Shown in pieces: positions 45,267-56,200 of a stretch of 64,000 nt of DNA. This stretch comes from Minisyncoccia bacterium. GTDB taxonomy: Bacteria; Patescibacteriota; Minisyncoccia; SW-4-49-11. The stretch lies in contig JBIKWJ010000002.1 in assembly GCA_044356325.1 (NCBI GenBank), forward strand, positions 94,327 through 158,326. Direction: 5' to 3'. How positions within the stretch are numbered: the first letter of the stretch is position 1; each line of letters begins with the position of its first letter. A program made the translations under genes and the position numbers. The notes below the pieces were generated by a model. The model was given only the letters and a program-made list of their open reading frames with translations. It did no database searches and was not told where the DNA came from.

Positions 45267-45395
45267 TGTCCTCCTTTGCCTGCCTGCGGTAGGCAGGGAG
45301 GAGGTGGCCGCCAGGCCGGAGGTGGATAGAGTTTAAGTTTTTACCTTATCCACCCCCACCTTTCAGGCTCCCCCTCCGAAGGGGGACAATATATG
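45267..45395. repeat. Mosaic hairpin array (families D/I-like, E and F)
   Basis: gtcctcctttgcctgcctgcggtaggcagggaggaggtggccgccaggccggaggtggatagagtttaagtttttaccttatccacccccacc, ccccctccgaagggggac. Confidence 0.8.
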
Positions 45396-45468
45396 AGAAA
45401 CTATAAGGTAACCCCAATAAATCACAACTCGTCTACGATATAGCTCATCCTATATATAGGAAAAAATA

Positions 45469-46605
45469 TTATCTAGCTAAAGGATTGCGAGCTCCTCTTA
45501 CTTCAAAGTGAAGATGACATCCTGTTGAGTTACCAGTTGTTCCCATAGCTCCAATATATTGACCTTTGTTTACAGAATCTCCAACTTGTAAATCTCTACT
45601 ACTAAGATGGCCATAAAGGGTTATAACTCCATTAGGATGAGTGATTTTGATATGATTTCCATATCCACCATTCCATCCATTTTGAGAAGTAGTGACTACA
45701 CCTTCAGCTGAAGCATAAATAGGTGTTCCACAAGAATTACTAATATCTACACCATTATTTGAGTGAATTCTTCCATAATTGGTTCCTGTTGTGGGAAAAG
45801 CAAAATATCCATCATTACTAGAAAGATCTGCTGTTTTAGGTGCAGCAATAGGAGTTGTTTTTTTTGTAGCTACTTTTTTAGGTTGAACTGGAGCTTCGGT
45901 TGGGAAAGGTTTTTCCTCATTAGGGACTACAGCATTGGGAATAATAATAGTATTTCCAAGAGCCAAATTATCTCCAATATTATTATAATTTCTTATATTT
46001 TGCTCTGAAACACTATATTTTGAAGCTAAATCAGCTAAAGATTGTCCTTCTTTTAAAGTGATTTCAATACCATCTTCTGGAAGTATATCTAAATTAGTAT
46101 TAATAGCAGGAGTTTTCTTTAAGTCTTTAATATCATTTGCAATAGCAACTGTTTCTGATGAAATACCAAATTTTTGAGCAATACTATCAATGGTATCACC
46201 TGGTTGCACAATATATTCTCGTGTTACAGGAGTAGCAGATTCTTTGGTATATCCTTCAGGTGCATTGAGGGCATTAATAATATTAGAGTTTACAACTGGA
46301 ATATCAGGATTAGACTCTTCGTCACTAGGAAGTCCAAGTACTCCATTACCTTGGAGTACTCCAACGGATCCAAGAGATGCATCAAGAGGTCCTCCTAAAT
46401 TGGTATTAGAAAGAAGAGTTGACCCAAGAGGAAGTTTTCCTGCATAGGCTATATTACTAAATACGACTAATCCTACTACAAGAGTAAGAATAATCCAACT
46501 AATTTTATCTTGGCTATGCCTTGTGGCATTTTTTATGAATCGTGTCACCTGGTTTTTGGATAATTGAAAAACAGACGTACTAATAGGATTCTTAACTAAA
46601 TACAA
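45469..46605 (-). CDS. LysM-domain M23 family metallopeptidase
   Basis: Signal/TM at the N-terminus, two LysM repeats (YIVQPGDTIDSIAQKFG and ITLKEGQSLADLASKYS), and C-terminal M23 motifs HxxxD and HLHFEV. Confidence 0.8.
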   Translation of the reverse strand: MYLVKNPISTSVFQLSKNQVTRFIKNATRHSQDKISWIILTLVVGLVVFSNIAYAGKLPLGSTLLSNTNLGGPLDASLGSVGVLQGNGVLGLPSDEESNPDIPVVNSNIINALNAPEGYTKESATPVTREYIVQPGDTIDSIAQKFGISSETVAIANDIKDLKKTPAINTNLDILPEDGIEITLKEGQSLADLASKYSVSEQNIRNYNNIGDNLALGNTIIIPNAVVPNEEKPFPTEAPVQPKKVATKKTTPIAAPKTADLSSNDGYFAFPTTGTNYGRIHSNNGVDISNSCGTPIYASAEGVVTTSQNGWNGGYGNHIKITHPNGVITLYGHLSSRDLQVGDSVNKGQYIGAMGTTGNSTGCHLHFEVRGARNPLAR

Positions 46606-46806
46606 GGAATTCGAACTTCAAAACGGAATAAACAGACGAATGTTTTGATTCAAAATCAACCTTGTCTAATGATTTTAGATTCAAAAATAGTATACAATAA
46701 TTGGTTTAATTTGTCAATAAAAAAGCTATAATTTGGCTTATATATGGCATTTTTAATAATATAAAATCATATATATGATACAATAAACAGGAGAATATAT
46801 AATACT

Positions 46807-47688
46807 ATGTTACAAAAAGAAAATAATCAGCAAAAAAAGTTCTTTCAGGACAAGTCAATAGCAGTAAAATCTAAACAAAGGACTGCTACTTTATGGCATA
46901 AATATAATAAAATATTTGCCATTAGTATCATATTTTTGACCTTATCTTGTATATATATTTTTTTAGATAAAAATATATATACAGAACAAAATATAATTGT
47001 GAATCACAATTATGATACGGGAGATAACACAGAGGCTCAAGATATAAATCAAACCATAAAAGCCAATAAAGAGATTATAAATAATGATAATAACACCAAG
47101 TATACCAAATTATTAAAAGTCATTGCAGTAATAGATGGTGATACGATTAAAGTAAGTGATTTAGGAACAATACGATTAATTGGAATAGATACTTCAGAAA
47201 CGAGAGATCCACGTAAGCTAATACAATGTTATGGTGAGGAGGCGAGTAATAAGGCAAAAGAATTATTAGATAATCAAGAAGTATATTTAGAATTTGATCC
47301 AGCAAATAGAATAGATAAATATGGAAGAACACTCGCTTATATATATCGAAAAGATGGATTATTCTATAATGCTGAGATGATAAAACAGGGTTATGCCAAT
47401 TCTTATACCAAATTTCCTCATCCCAAACTTGAAGAGTTTAATGAGTATCAAAAAGAGGCTAGGGATAATAATAGAGGATTATGGTCCCCAAATACCTGTA
47501 ATGGGGATACAAGTAAGGCTGTAGCTGAAAGGTTAAAAGCAGAACTAAATATACAGAGTAGTCAGTATATTCTCGGAGATTGTGATGTACTTAATGCAAA
47601 GGGGATGGGTAATTTTACTCAAAAAAACCCCAATTATCGGCTCAGTCGCGATAAAGATAAAGATGGTATTGCTTGTGAAATGAATTGA
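46807..47688 (+). CDS. Thermonuclease (SNase-like) with C-terminal Excalibur calcium-binding motif
   Basis: N-terminal TM, SNase core (VIDGDTIKV..RLIGIDTSE..GRTLAYIY), and C-terminal DKDKDGIACE. Confidence 0.75.
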   Translation: MLQKENNQQKKFFQDKSIAVKSKQRTATLWHKYNKIFAISIIFLTLSCIYIFLDKNIYTEQNIIVNHNYDTGDNTEAQDINQTIKANKEIINNDNNTKYTKLLKVIAVIDGDTIKVSDLGTIRLIGIDTSETRDPRKLIQCYGEEASNKAKELLDNQEVYLEFDPANRIDKYGRTLAYIYRKDGLFYNAEMIKQGYANSYTKFPHPKLEEFNEYQKEARDNNRGLWSPNTCNGDTSKAVAERLKAELNIQSSQYILGDCDVLNAKGMGNFTQKNPNYRLSRDKDKDGIACEMN

Positions 47689-47693
47689 TTTTA

Positions 47694-47969
47694 TTAAAGA
47701 TTATCAATAGTTTTTGCTAAGACTATATCTTTGTCTGTAATACCTCCAATATCATGAGTACTAAGATAAATTTCTACATAACCCCAACCGAGATTAATAT
47801 CTGGATGATGCCCTTGTTCTTCTGCAATTTTCCCAATTTTATTTACTAAATCTAAAGCTTCTGCAAAAGTATTGAGTTCAAAACGACGAGATAATAAATC
47901 TTGATTCTCGGATAATCTCCAATTAGAGTTTAACTCGGATAAAACCTCATTTATATTGATATTAGACAT
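47694..47969 (-). CDS. Pterin-4a-carbinolamine dehydratase (PCD/DCoH)
   Basis: EEQGHHPDI signature. 91 aa. Confidence 0.85.
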   Translation of the reverse strand: MSNININEVLSELNSNWRLSENQDLLSRRFELNTFAEALDLVNKIGKIAEEQGHHPDINLGWGYVEIYLSTHDIGGITDKDIVLAKTIDNL

Positions 47970-48307
47970 AAGAGTAATAATTATTATATATAGTATATCA
48001 AAGTATTATCTCTTTACAAAGAGGGAGAAATAGTGTATTGTGTTTAAGGTCTTTTTTGAACATTCAAATGCTCAGTCTATCCAATCAACCAGGTAGTAGA
48101 GTCTCTTTTACAAGAGCAGAAGTTCTGAGAATCCTTCAATCATTGCCAAGACAATTCGCCCTCACCGGGAATGGTTGGAATCTGAAAGGGTCTTTTCCGT
48201 CATTGGAACTCAATCCTGAATTCATATTACAAAGGTTGGAGAAAGACTTGCCTCGTGTTTAGATCGCATGTTCTTAAATAGCCTCTCGTTTAGAGAGGTT
48301 ATTTCTT

Positions 48308-49498
48308 TTAATAAGATGCTTCTAACCTAAAAATCTGGTCACTTTTATCAGTGGGATTACCTCTCCCATCTTGATTGGAGGTGCTAAAATAAATATAGTC
48401 ATCAGGTGAGACGGCTATCTCTCGAATTCTCCCCTCATTAATATTAAGTTTCTCATAAGATATTACTTTTTGGCGAGCTTCATCTAAATAGATCACAAAT
48501 ATCCCTTCTCCTCTTAAACCTCCAAAAAGAAAAGCATTTTTAAGTGTTGTGTATCTATCTCCAGTATAGAATACTCCTGAGGCTGGAGCTACTGCCGGGG
48601 TAAATACGAGTAAGGGGTCAACGGCTTCAGGGGTAGAGGCTGTATGAGAGACTTTAGGCCACCCATAGTCTTTACCAGGGAGAATGCGATTAAATTCATC
48701 TCCTCCAGCTGCTCCATCGAATAATGAAGGTCCATGCTCAGTAGAGAATAAAACTCCAGAAATTGGGTCAAAATCTATACCTTGCGGATTGCGATGCCCA
48801 TAAGAATAAATATAAGAATTACTAAAAGGATTATCCTCCGGAACACTTCCATCTTTATTCATCCTTAGAATTTTACCACCTAGTGAATTAAGATCTTGAG
48901 CAATTTCTTTTTTGGTGGAATCTCCAGTGGTCACATATAGTTTTTGGTCTGGACCAAATCGAAGCCTTGAACCCGCATGGAATTTGGCGGCTGGAATTTT
49001 GTCTAGGAGTATCTTAACCTCTTTAGCTTGATTATTGACATCTGTCAATCTTGCTACTTTTACAAACATCTGATTATTCTCTTCATAAGCAAGAGAAGTG
49101 TAAATATAGGGTGAATTGGGATAATCAGGATCCAGTACCATACCCATCAAACCTTCTTCATTAGTCGCACTAATTTCAGAAAATTTATAAAAATTAGGTT
49201 GAGGTTGAGAGTTTTTGTAATATAATATCTCACCCGATCTCTGAGCAATATACATACTATTCTCAGTCGGAAAAACAATACTCCAAGGCACATACAGATT
49301 AGAGGCTACCGCAGTATATTTATAATCTATACTTTTAGAAATAGTATTACTGTCAACTTCTAATTTAGCGCCAGTTTTAATTTGAGGAGATTGTAGAATA
49401 GCAGTATAATTAATCAAAAAAATTGCTAGAATAATTATAATAATCCCCAAAACTGAGAAAATAATTAGCTTTTTGGGTTTTATTTTGGATTTTTGCAT
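48308..49498 (-). CDS. PQQ-dependent sugar (glucose/sorbosone) dehydrogenase-family beta-propeller protein
   Basis: N-terminal TM anchor. Repeated propeller motifs of the SGDH family (GLMGMVLDPDY, HRNPQGIDFDP). Confidence 0.6.
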   Translation of the reverse strand: MQKSKIKPKKLIIFSVLGIIIIILAIFLINYTAILQSPQIKTGAKLEVDSNTISKSIDYKYTAVASNLYVPWSIVFPTENSMYIAQRSGEILYYKNSQPQPNFYKFSEISATNEEGLMGMVLDPDYPNSPYIYTSLAYEENNQMFVKVARLTDVNNQAKEVKILLDKIPAAKFHAGSRLRFGPDQKLYVTTGDSTKKEIAQDLNSLGGKILRMNKDGSVPEDNPFSNSYIYSYGHRNPQGIDFDPISGVLFSTEHGPSLFDGAAGGDEFNRILPGKDYGWPKVSHTASTPEAVDPLLVFTPAVAPASGVFYTGDRYTTLKNAFLFGGLRGEGIFVIYLDEARQKVISYEKLNINEGRIREIAVSPDDYIYFSTSNQDGRGNPTDKSDQIFRLEASY

Positions 49499-49572
49499 AT
49501 TTTTATTAATTTACAACTATTCATATTATAGCATATAAATAGGGAAATTATAAAAAGTTGTATTACTAAAAG

Positions 49573-50625
49573 CTAAGCCTCTAAAACAGTATAAACTAAT
49601 TCCAAAGGATAATGTTTTTCTTGAATCTTGTTTATGATAGTTTGGATTTTGGACAGAATCTCGGTGTTTTCTTTCGGTATGGTGAATAATAATATAAATG
49701 GATTATCTTGATTGATATATTCACAACTAAATCCTTCAGAGCTAGAAGCTATATCTATTGCTAATTCAATATTTTGCATAATTTGGTTAGCAGTTTGTCC
49801 ACCGGCATAAATATTAAACATTGGAACTTCCAAATTTTCTTCTAATTCAGCGCCATTGAGTAGTGGGTTGAAGTTTACAATTGCTCCAAAAGCATGATGT
49901 AGATTTTTGGAATGTAATTCTTGAAAATGGAAGTGATGGGTTCTCACAGAGACTGGAGAATTTTGCTCTTGTAGTCTAGTGGTCAGAATACTAGCAAAAC
50001 CAGAAGCATATCGCTCACTGGCTGAATCTAGGACTTTATCTTGATTTTGGAATTTATCTAAAATTTTACTCAAAACTTGCTTAGAACTTTTGTTAGCTAG
50101 AGTATGAGCTACAGCTCCACAGTTGGAGTGAGATGAGACTACAATTTCCTCAATAGTAGAGTTTTCTTCACAAATAGCTAATAAATTATCTACCATTTGT
50201 AATTTTTCCTCAGTTGACATTAGGCATTCACAACCAGGAACTCCAAGAGATAAAGCATGATGAGAAGCGGTCAAATATTGAATTCGCTCATCAATACAGG
50301 GGAGCCAAATCATTTTAGGCCTCTTAACTAGACTATCATTTAGAATTTTATTTAAATGTAATTTGTATGTATATTCTGACTTATACTTTGTCCCATCAAG
50401 ATGTAGGAAACCCTTTACCCCTAAAATTTCAGATACGGGATTGCTATAAAGTAAATTATGATAAGTTTGAGCATATTTTGCCCACTCTACACTACGATAA
50501 GAATCACAGGAATTATCGATAGAATCTGCTGAAGATATAATTTGGGCTGGCAAACGAAGAAGTGTGCCAAGAGAAGATATTCTAGACATAAATAAAAACA
50601 AATAATAGGACAAAGCCCAATACAA
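49573..50625 (-). CDS. Hypothetical protein with beta-carbonic-anhydrase-like CxDxR...HxxCG residues (tentative)
   Basis: LPCIDERI and SSHSNCGAV are spaced like the beta-CA zinc ligands. Weak evidence, and the start is uncertain. Confidence 0.3.
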   Translation of the reverse strand: MYWALSYYLFLFMSRISSLGTLLRLPAQIISSADSIDNSCDSYRSVEWAKYAQTYHNLLYSNPVSEILGVKGFLHLDGTKYKSEYTYKLHLNKILNDSLVKRPKMIWLPCIDERIQYLTASHHALSLGVPGCECLMSTEEKLQMVDNLLAICEENSTIEEIVVSSHSNCGAVAHTLANKSSKQVLSKILDKFQNQDKVLDSASERYASGFASILTTRLQEQNSPVSVRTHHFHFQELHSKNLHHAFGAIVNFNPLLNGAELEENLEVPMFNIYAGGQTANQIMQNIELAIDIASSSEGFSCEYINQDNPFILLFTIPKENTEILSKIQTIINKIQEKHYPLELVYTVLEA

Positions 50626-50743
50626 ATAACAATTATTTTAAGACTTGTCTATTATAAACCTAAGAGGGGGTTTTTGTAAAGGGTATATATCAAAAAAATA
50701 ACAATATATATAAATAATGAAATATACGATATAATAAAGTCAT

Positions 50744-51376
50744 ATGAAGTATTTACTTATACATGGATACGGTATTGGTTTACAATACTCTTTTTTTAAA
50801 TCAGCAGAAGGAGAAAATGCTGGGTTTGGAGCTTTTGATGATTTGATTATAGCAGGTGAGGCGAAAGTTTTTCGTTGGGAAATAGCCCGTAAATTAAGTT
50901 TTAGGGAGTCAATAAACCTGAAACTCAATATAAAACAATATGATATTGAAATGTTAAAGACGGAGAATCAAGAAGTATATGATAGCTTACAAAAAGAATT
51001 AGAGTCAACAAAACCAGAAATAATAGTTTGTCATTCAGCAGGAAGTTCTTTGTTATTAAACTATCTTACCAATCATGTATTACCCTCTTGTGTGAAAAAA
51101 ATTGTATTTATTCAAAGTAATATTTCACGGAATAGGTTGTTCCCAGAATATTTACAAGCAAAGTTACAACAAAAAGAGATAAAATTGATAAATATGTACT
51201 GTTATTGGGATCAGGCTTTATGGTCTCTCATTTTGATTGGAAGACATATATCTATTGGATTACTCGGGAGTAAAAATACATATGTAAAAAACATATTCTT
51301 CCCCCTATACAAAACGTTAAATTTACATACATCATCAATTAATGATACAAAAATATTCCCGTTTATTGAGGAGTGA
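50744..51376 (+). CDS. Alpha/beta hydrolase fold protein (serine esterase-like)
   Basis: LLIHGYG oxyanion region and the nucleophile elbow VCHSAGS. Confidence 0.5.
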   Translation: MKYLLIHGYGIGLQYSFFKSAEGENAGFGAFDDLIIAGEAKVFRWEIARKLSFRESINLKLNIKQYDIEMLKTENQEVYDSLQKELESTKPEIIVCHSAGSSLLLNYLTNHVLPSCVKKIVFIQSNISRNRLFPEYLQAKLQQKEIKLINMYCYWDQALWSLILIGRHISIGLLGSKNTYVKNIFFPLYKTLNLHTSSINDTKIFPFIEE

Positions 51377-51433
51377 AATGCTTTACAGGAGACAATATAT
51401 AGCATATAATAGACAATATTTACTATATAAGAT

Positions 51434-52444
51434 ATGAGGGTATATCAATTTCTAGAGAAATTATTTGGTATGGTGGGGAATATAAAAATTCATCCAGTAG
51501 ATTTTAATTTACCTTGGTATAATATTTATAAGAGATATTGGTTGAGATTGGGGATATCTTTAATGGCAGAAGTTATAGTATGGGTATTTTTTACTACCCT
51601 ACCTTTGATTATAAATTATGCAATTAAAACTCAAAATATAACATTAGTGATATCTTTAGGAATTCTTTTTATAATGTTATCTATAATAGTTCAGACACAT
51701 ATGAGAAGCTATGTTTTGGCAGAAGCTGGTATTATGGGTAGTGTCTCAAATTCAGCTTATATATTCTTTGTCAAAGTTGACCCAATTCACCATAGTACTA
51801 GAGAGTCTGGTAAAGTTATTTCTAAAATCAATAGAGCCGTAGGTGCTTATGAAAACACCACTGATATACTAACCTTTAATTTACTACGATTTATAATTCA
51901 AATTATTGTAATTCTAGTCTCATTTATATATTATAACTTAACAATTGGTGTTATAGCTGCTGGAAGCTTAATAATAATGTTAACTATATCCACAATAAGT
52001 CAAATTTTTATAGCTAAAAAGGTAATCCCTAAAGATAATGATCAAGCAGATATACAATCTCAAGTTGAGGTAGAAAGTTTGCAACAAGTAGCTTTAATCA
52101 GGTCTAGCTTTGCTACTCCAGAACATATCGAGAAAATTAAAAATACTAATATTAGAACCGGAGAAGTACAAACAACAGTTTGGATGAGTTTTATCTCAAC
52201 AGCTTTTATTCCAAGAGTTTTATACGGGATATTCTTTATGGGCATATCTCTACTTATTTTAAATCTGGTTAAGATAGGAGACTTAGATGTAATTACAGCT
52301 ATTGCTTTAATTACTATGTATATCTCAACTTATAGTATTGTATTGGCGGGTAGAGATGTTGAAAGGTTGGTTTCTAATATAGAAAAAATCAAAAACCTAT
52401 ACACCTATATTCGAGAATATGGAGATTCTAGTTATCCAGTTTAA
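51434..52444 (+). CDS. ABC exporter transmembrane subunit
   Basis: Six-TM hydrophobic protein immediately upstream of the ABC ATPase. Confidence 0.5.
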   Translation: MRVYQFLEKLFGMVGNIKIHPVDFNLPWYNIYKRYWLRLGISLMAEVIVWVFFTTLPLIINYAIKTQNITLVISLGILFIMLSIIVQTHMRSYVLAEAGIMGSVSNSAYIFFVKVDPIHHSTRESGKVISKINRAVGAYENTTDILTFNLLRFIIQIIVILVSFIYYNLTIGVIAAGSLIIMLTISTISQIFIAKKVIPKDNDQADIQSQVEVESLQQVALIRSSFATPEHIEKIKNTNIRTGEVQTTVWMSFISTAFIPRVLYGIFFMGISLLILNLVKIGDLDVITAIALITMYISTYSIVLAGRDVERLVSNIEKIKNLYTYIREYGDSSYPV

Positions 52445-52453
52445 GATAAAAAT

Positions 52454-53230
52454 ATGCATTCAATTCACGTAAAAAAATTATATTATTCCTATGAGAAGAC
52501 AAAAGTATTTCAAAATAATACTCTTGTTTTAGAAGTGACTCAAAGTCAGAAAAATAAATTATATGGAATTATTGGACCCTCTGGAACAGGTAAAACTACA
52601 TTATTATCCATATTAGGGGGGCAATTAAAGCCACAAAAAGGAGCGGTATATATTGATGATATTAATATATATAAAGTAGGGGATAAAGAAAGGCGCAATA
52701 TCATAGCCGTCCAAATGCAAACAGCTACCGCTCTTCGGGGTACTTTGCGAGAGAATTTAGTTTTTGGAATTCAAGAAGATGAGGTCTTAAATAAAGATGA
52801 GTATTTGATTGATGTCTTGAGGCGAGTGGGCTTATGGAGCCTTTTTGAGAATAAAGATGGTCTTGCCACACTTATTGGAGAGGGTGGTGTTAATTTGTCT
52901 GGAGGTCAAAGACAAAGATTAAATTTTGCAGGATTATATTTGAGAGCAAAACATTATAAACCAAGTTTAATCCTAATAGATGAGCCAACTTCCTCGCTAG
53001 ATGAAATTAGCGAGCAGGCAATTACTCAAATGATAGATGAATTATCTCAATCTTCTATTACTTTTGTAGTAGCTCATAGACTCAAAACTCTAGACCAAGC
53101 TGTGGGAATATTAGATACATCGCTAATCTCATCTTATCCAGAATTAAAATTTCATATCAAAGATGAATTGATGACAGTCTCCCAATATTACAGGGACCTA
53201 AAGGCTGGTAAAGCCCAGCTGGAGGAGTAA
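52454..53230 (+). CDS. ABC transporter ATP-binding protein
   Basis: Walker A GPSGTGKTT, signature LSGGQRQR, Walker B LILIDEPTS, H-loop VAHR. Confidence 0.85.
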   Translation: MHSIHVKKLYYSYEKTKVFQNNTLVLEVTQSQKNKLYGIIGPSGTGKTTLLSILGGQLKPQKGAVYIDDINIYKVGDKERRNIIAVQMQTATALRGTLRENLVFGIQEDEVLNKDEYLIDVLRRVGLWSLFENKDGLATLIGEGGVNLSGGQRQRLNFAGLYLRAKHYKPSLILIDEPTSSLDEISEQAITQMIDELSQSSITFVVAHRLKTLDQAVGILDTSLISSYPELKFHIKDELMTVSQYYRDLKAGKAQLEE

Positions 53231-56200
53231 TTATTCCTGATTATTGAGAATATATTTTATTCTCGATATAAGCTCTTCAGAATACTGGACACTAAAATTA
53301 GTGGATTTTATTTGTATATTGGGGGTATTATAATTAGCAACCAGATATACTGGGCAATTACCTCGAGGTTCTCGATTTAATATGTCTCTTGCTTTTTCCA
53401 AGGAATCTTTAGAGGTATGTGGGGGGATAATAATATTAACACCTACAATTTCCTGTCCTTCAGGAGTTGTGGGGATAGTATTTGGTATACTCTCATCAGG
53501 CTCGGGTATACTAGCTCCAATATCCTCAACCGAATTACCATTATCTTTCTTTTCTTTTGTGGTAATCCAAGTATTTATATCAGTATCAGAGAGAGATTTG
53601 ACCTCTGATACAATAAACTGAGAACTTCCATCTTTATCTTGGCGCTTTCCTTTGAGAGCAAAACCTTTACCTGGAGTAATGGCATCAGATATAGGTCCAT
53701 AAATACTTGGGAATATAATAGCCTCAATACTATCATTATAATCTTCTAGTGTTACAAATGCCATTTTGGAGCCACTTTTCGTCATAATAATTTTATTTTC
53801 TTTGATGATACCAGCTAAAATCATCCCAGTTTTTCTCTTGGACTCTTTAAGTTCTTTTATACTTGGAAATGCTAAATCCTCAATAATGGTTTTATACTCA
53901 TCGATTGGATGAGCTGAAATCCATAAACCAAGATAATGATTTTCTAATTCCAAAATTTGATTTAATTGTTCTGTTGGAGAAATCGGGCTATCTACTAAAT
54001 CTAATACAGGTGAAGTAGGGGTAGTATTTCCAAATAAAGAATTGGTTGGGACTATGGTATTAATATCAGAAAGTTTTTTGATATATAAACTAATAGTATC
54101 GATATTTGTGATAAGTATATGTCTTTTCTCTAATTCATCTAAAGCCCCTCCTTTGATTAAGGCTTCTAAATTTTTCTTATTTAATTCTTTTGCTGGTATT
54201 CTTTTGAAAAAATCTTCTAAAGAGCTAAAGGGCCCATTATTTATTCGCTCAGTTTCAATATATTCTGCCAAATGTGAACTCATATTCTTGATACTACCAA
54301 GACCATAGAAAATTGTAGAGTCACTTCCAGAAAATTGAGCTCTACTCTTATTGATATGAGGAGCTTGAATCTTAAGACCTAATTGTCGAGATTCTGTAAT
54401 ATCAATAGCAATACGTGTCATATCCTTGGCATCACTATTGAGGAGAGCTACCATAAATTGTAGAGGATAATGTGCTTTGAGATAGGCGGTCTGATAGGCG
54501 ATAAAGGCATAACAAGCGGCATGAGACTTGTTAAATCCATAATCTCCAAAAGGTTCAATTAATTCCCATAACTTTTCTCCAACTTGTCTCTCTATACCTT
54601 GTTTAACAGTACCTTCAATAATATTGGTTTTTTGCTCATCCATTAACTCTTTAATCTTTTTTCCCACAGCTTTACGCAAAGTATCGGCTTCTGGTAGCGA
54701 AAATCCTGCTACTGCTTGGGAGGCTTGCATCAGCTGCTCTTGGTAAATCATAATTCCATAAGTTGGTTTCAAAATAGGCTCCAGATTAGGGTGTAAATAA
54801 GAAACCTCCTCCTTTCCATGTTTACGAGCTATATAGGTAGGAATAAGCTCCATAGGACCAGGTCTATATAGAGAAACCATAGCAATAAGATCATTAAAGT
54901 CTGATGGTTTTAATCCAATAAGAGCTTTTTTCATTCCCTGAGATTCGAATTGGAATACCCCAGTGGTTTGTCCTTTTTGGAATAATTTATAGGTTAGTGT
55001 ATCTTTGATGGGAAGATTATTGATATCAATAATAGTTCCTGTTTGAGATTGTATTAACTCAAGAGTAGATTCAATAATGGAGAGATTAGATAATCCCAAA
55101 AAATCCATTTTAAGAAGTCCTAAATCTTCAATAGCATGCATTTCATATTGAGTAGTAATAGATGTTTTTCCTCCAGATTCAGAAATTTGTAGGGGAGTAT
55201 AGGATGTTAGTTTTTTGGGAGATATCACCACAGCACAAGCATGTGTAGAAGTATGCCTCACCGACCCTTCTAATTCTTGAGCAGCATCAATAAGAGTTGT
55301 TACCTTTTCTTCTTGCTCATAGCGAGCTTTGAGTTCTCGAGAATTAGCTATAGATTTAGCAATAGTTTTTTGTTCGATAAGCTTTGCAATAGAATCACAT
55401 AATCCATAAGAATACCCGAGAGCCCTCCCTGTATCTCGAATCGCGGCTTTGGCTGCCATTGTCCCAAAAGTACAAATTTGAGCCACATGATCTTGCCCAT
55501 ATTTTTGAGCTACATATTGCAATACTAATTCTCTCTTATTATCCTGAAAGTCAATATCGATATCGGGCATAGATACACGGGCAGGATTCAAAAATCGCTC
55601 AAACAAAAGCTGATATTCTAGAGGGTCAAGATCGGTTATAGCAAGTAAATAAGCAACCAAACTTCCAGCCGCAGAACCTCTACCCGGCCCTACCAATATG
55701 TTATTACTTTTAGCCCAATTAATAAAATCAGATACAATAAGAAAATAATCAATATATCCAGCAGTTTTTATAACACCAAATTCATATTCGAGACGCTCTC
55801 GTATAGGTGTCTGATCTTTTCCAGGATATCGTTTTACTATTCCATCTTCACAAAGATGCCGAAGATAATTTTCATTTGACAATTTTTCTCCTGACTCAAG
55901 GGCGGGCACTTCAAAGGCAGGAAGTTGAATTTGATACAGAGGAATTTCTACATTACATATATCAGCAATAGTTCTGGTATTATGAATAGCCTCTTCTGGA
56001 ATATTAAGTTCTTGAGCTAAAGTATATATTTCCTCGGCTGATTTGAAAGAATAATCTTCATAGGCAAAGCTAATACGATCAGGATTTTGAATATTTGTTT
56101 TATACTTAATGGCAAGCATAATATCATGAGCTGTTTTTTGCTCAGGAGTGAGATACATACTTTGAGCTGTTAGAACAAGAGGAATTTGAGCAGATACCCC

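Noticed and set aside
1436-45395. Hairpin arrays as possible CRISPR arrays
   Set aside because: The repeats are inverted or palindromic modules of several different sequences with irregular spacing. They are not a single direct repeat separated by unique spacers of constant length. No cas genes are present.
48038-48262. ORF 48038-48262 (+), 74 aa
   Set aside because: Short, with no RBS or promoter seen. It lies between convergent genes and is likely non-coding.
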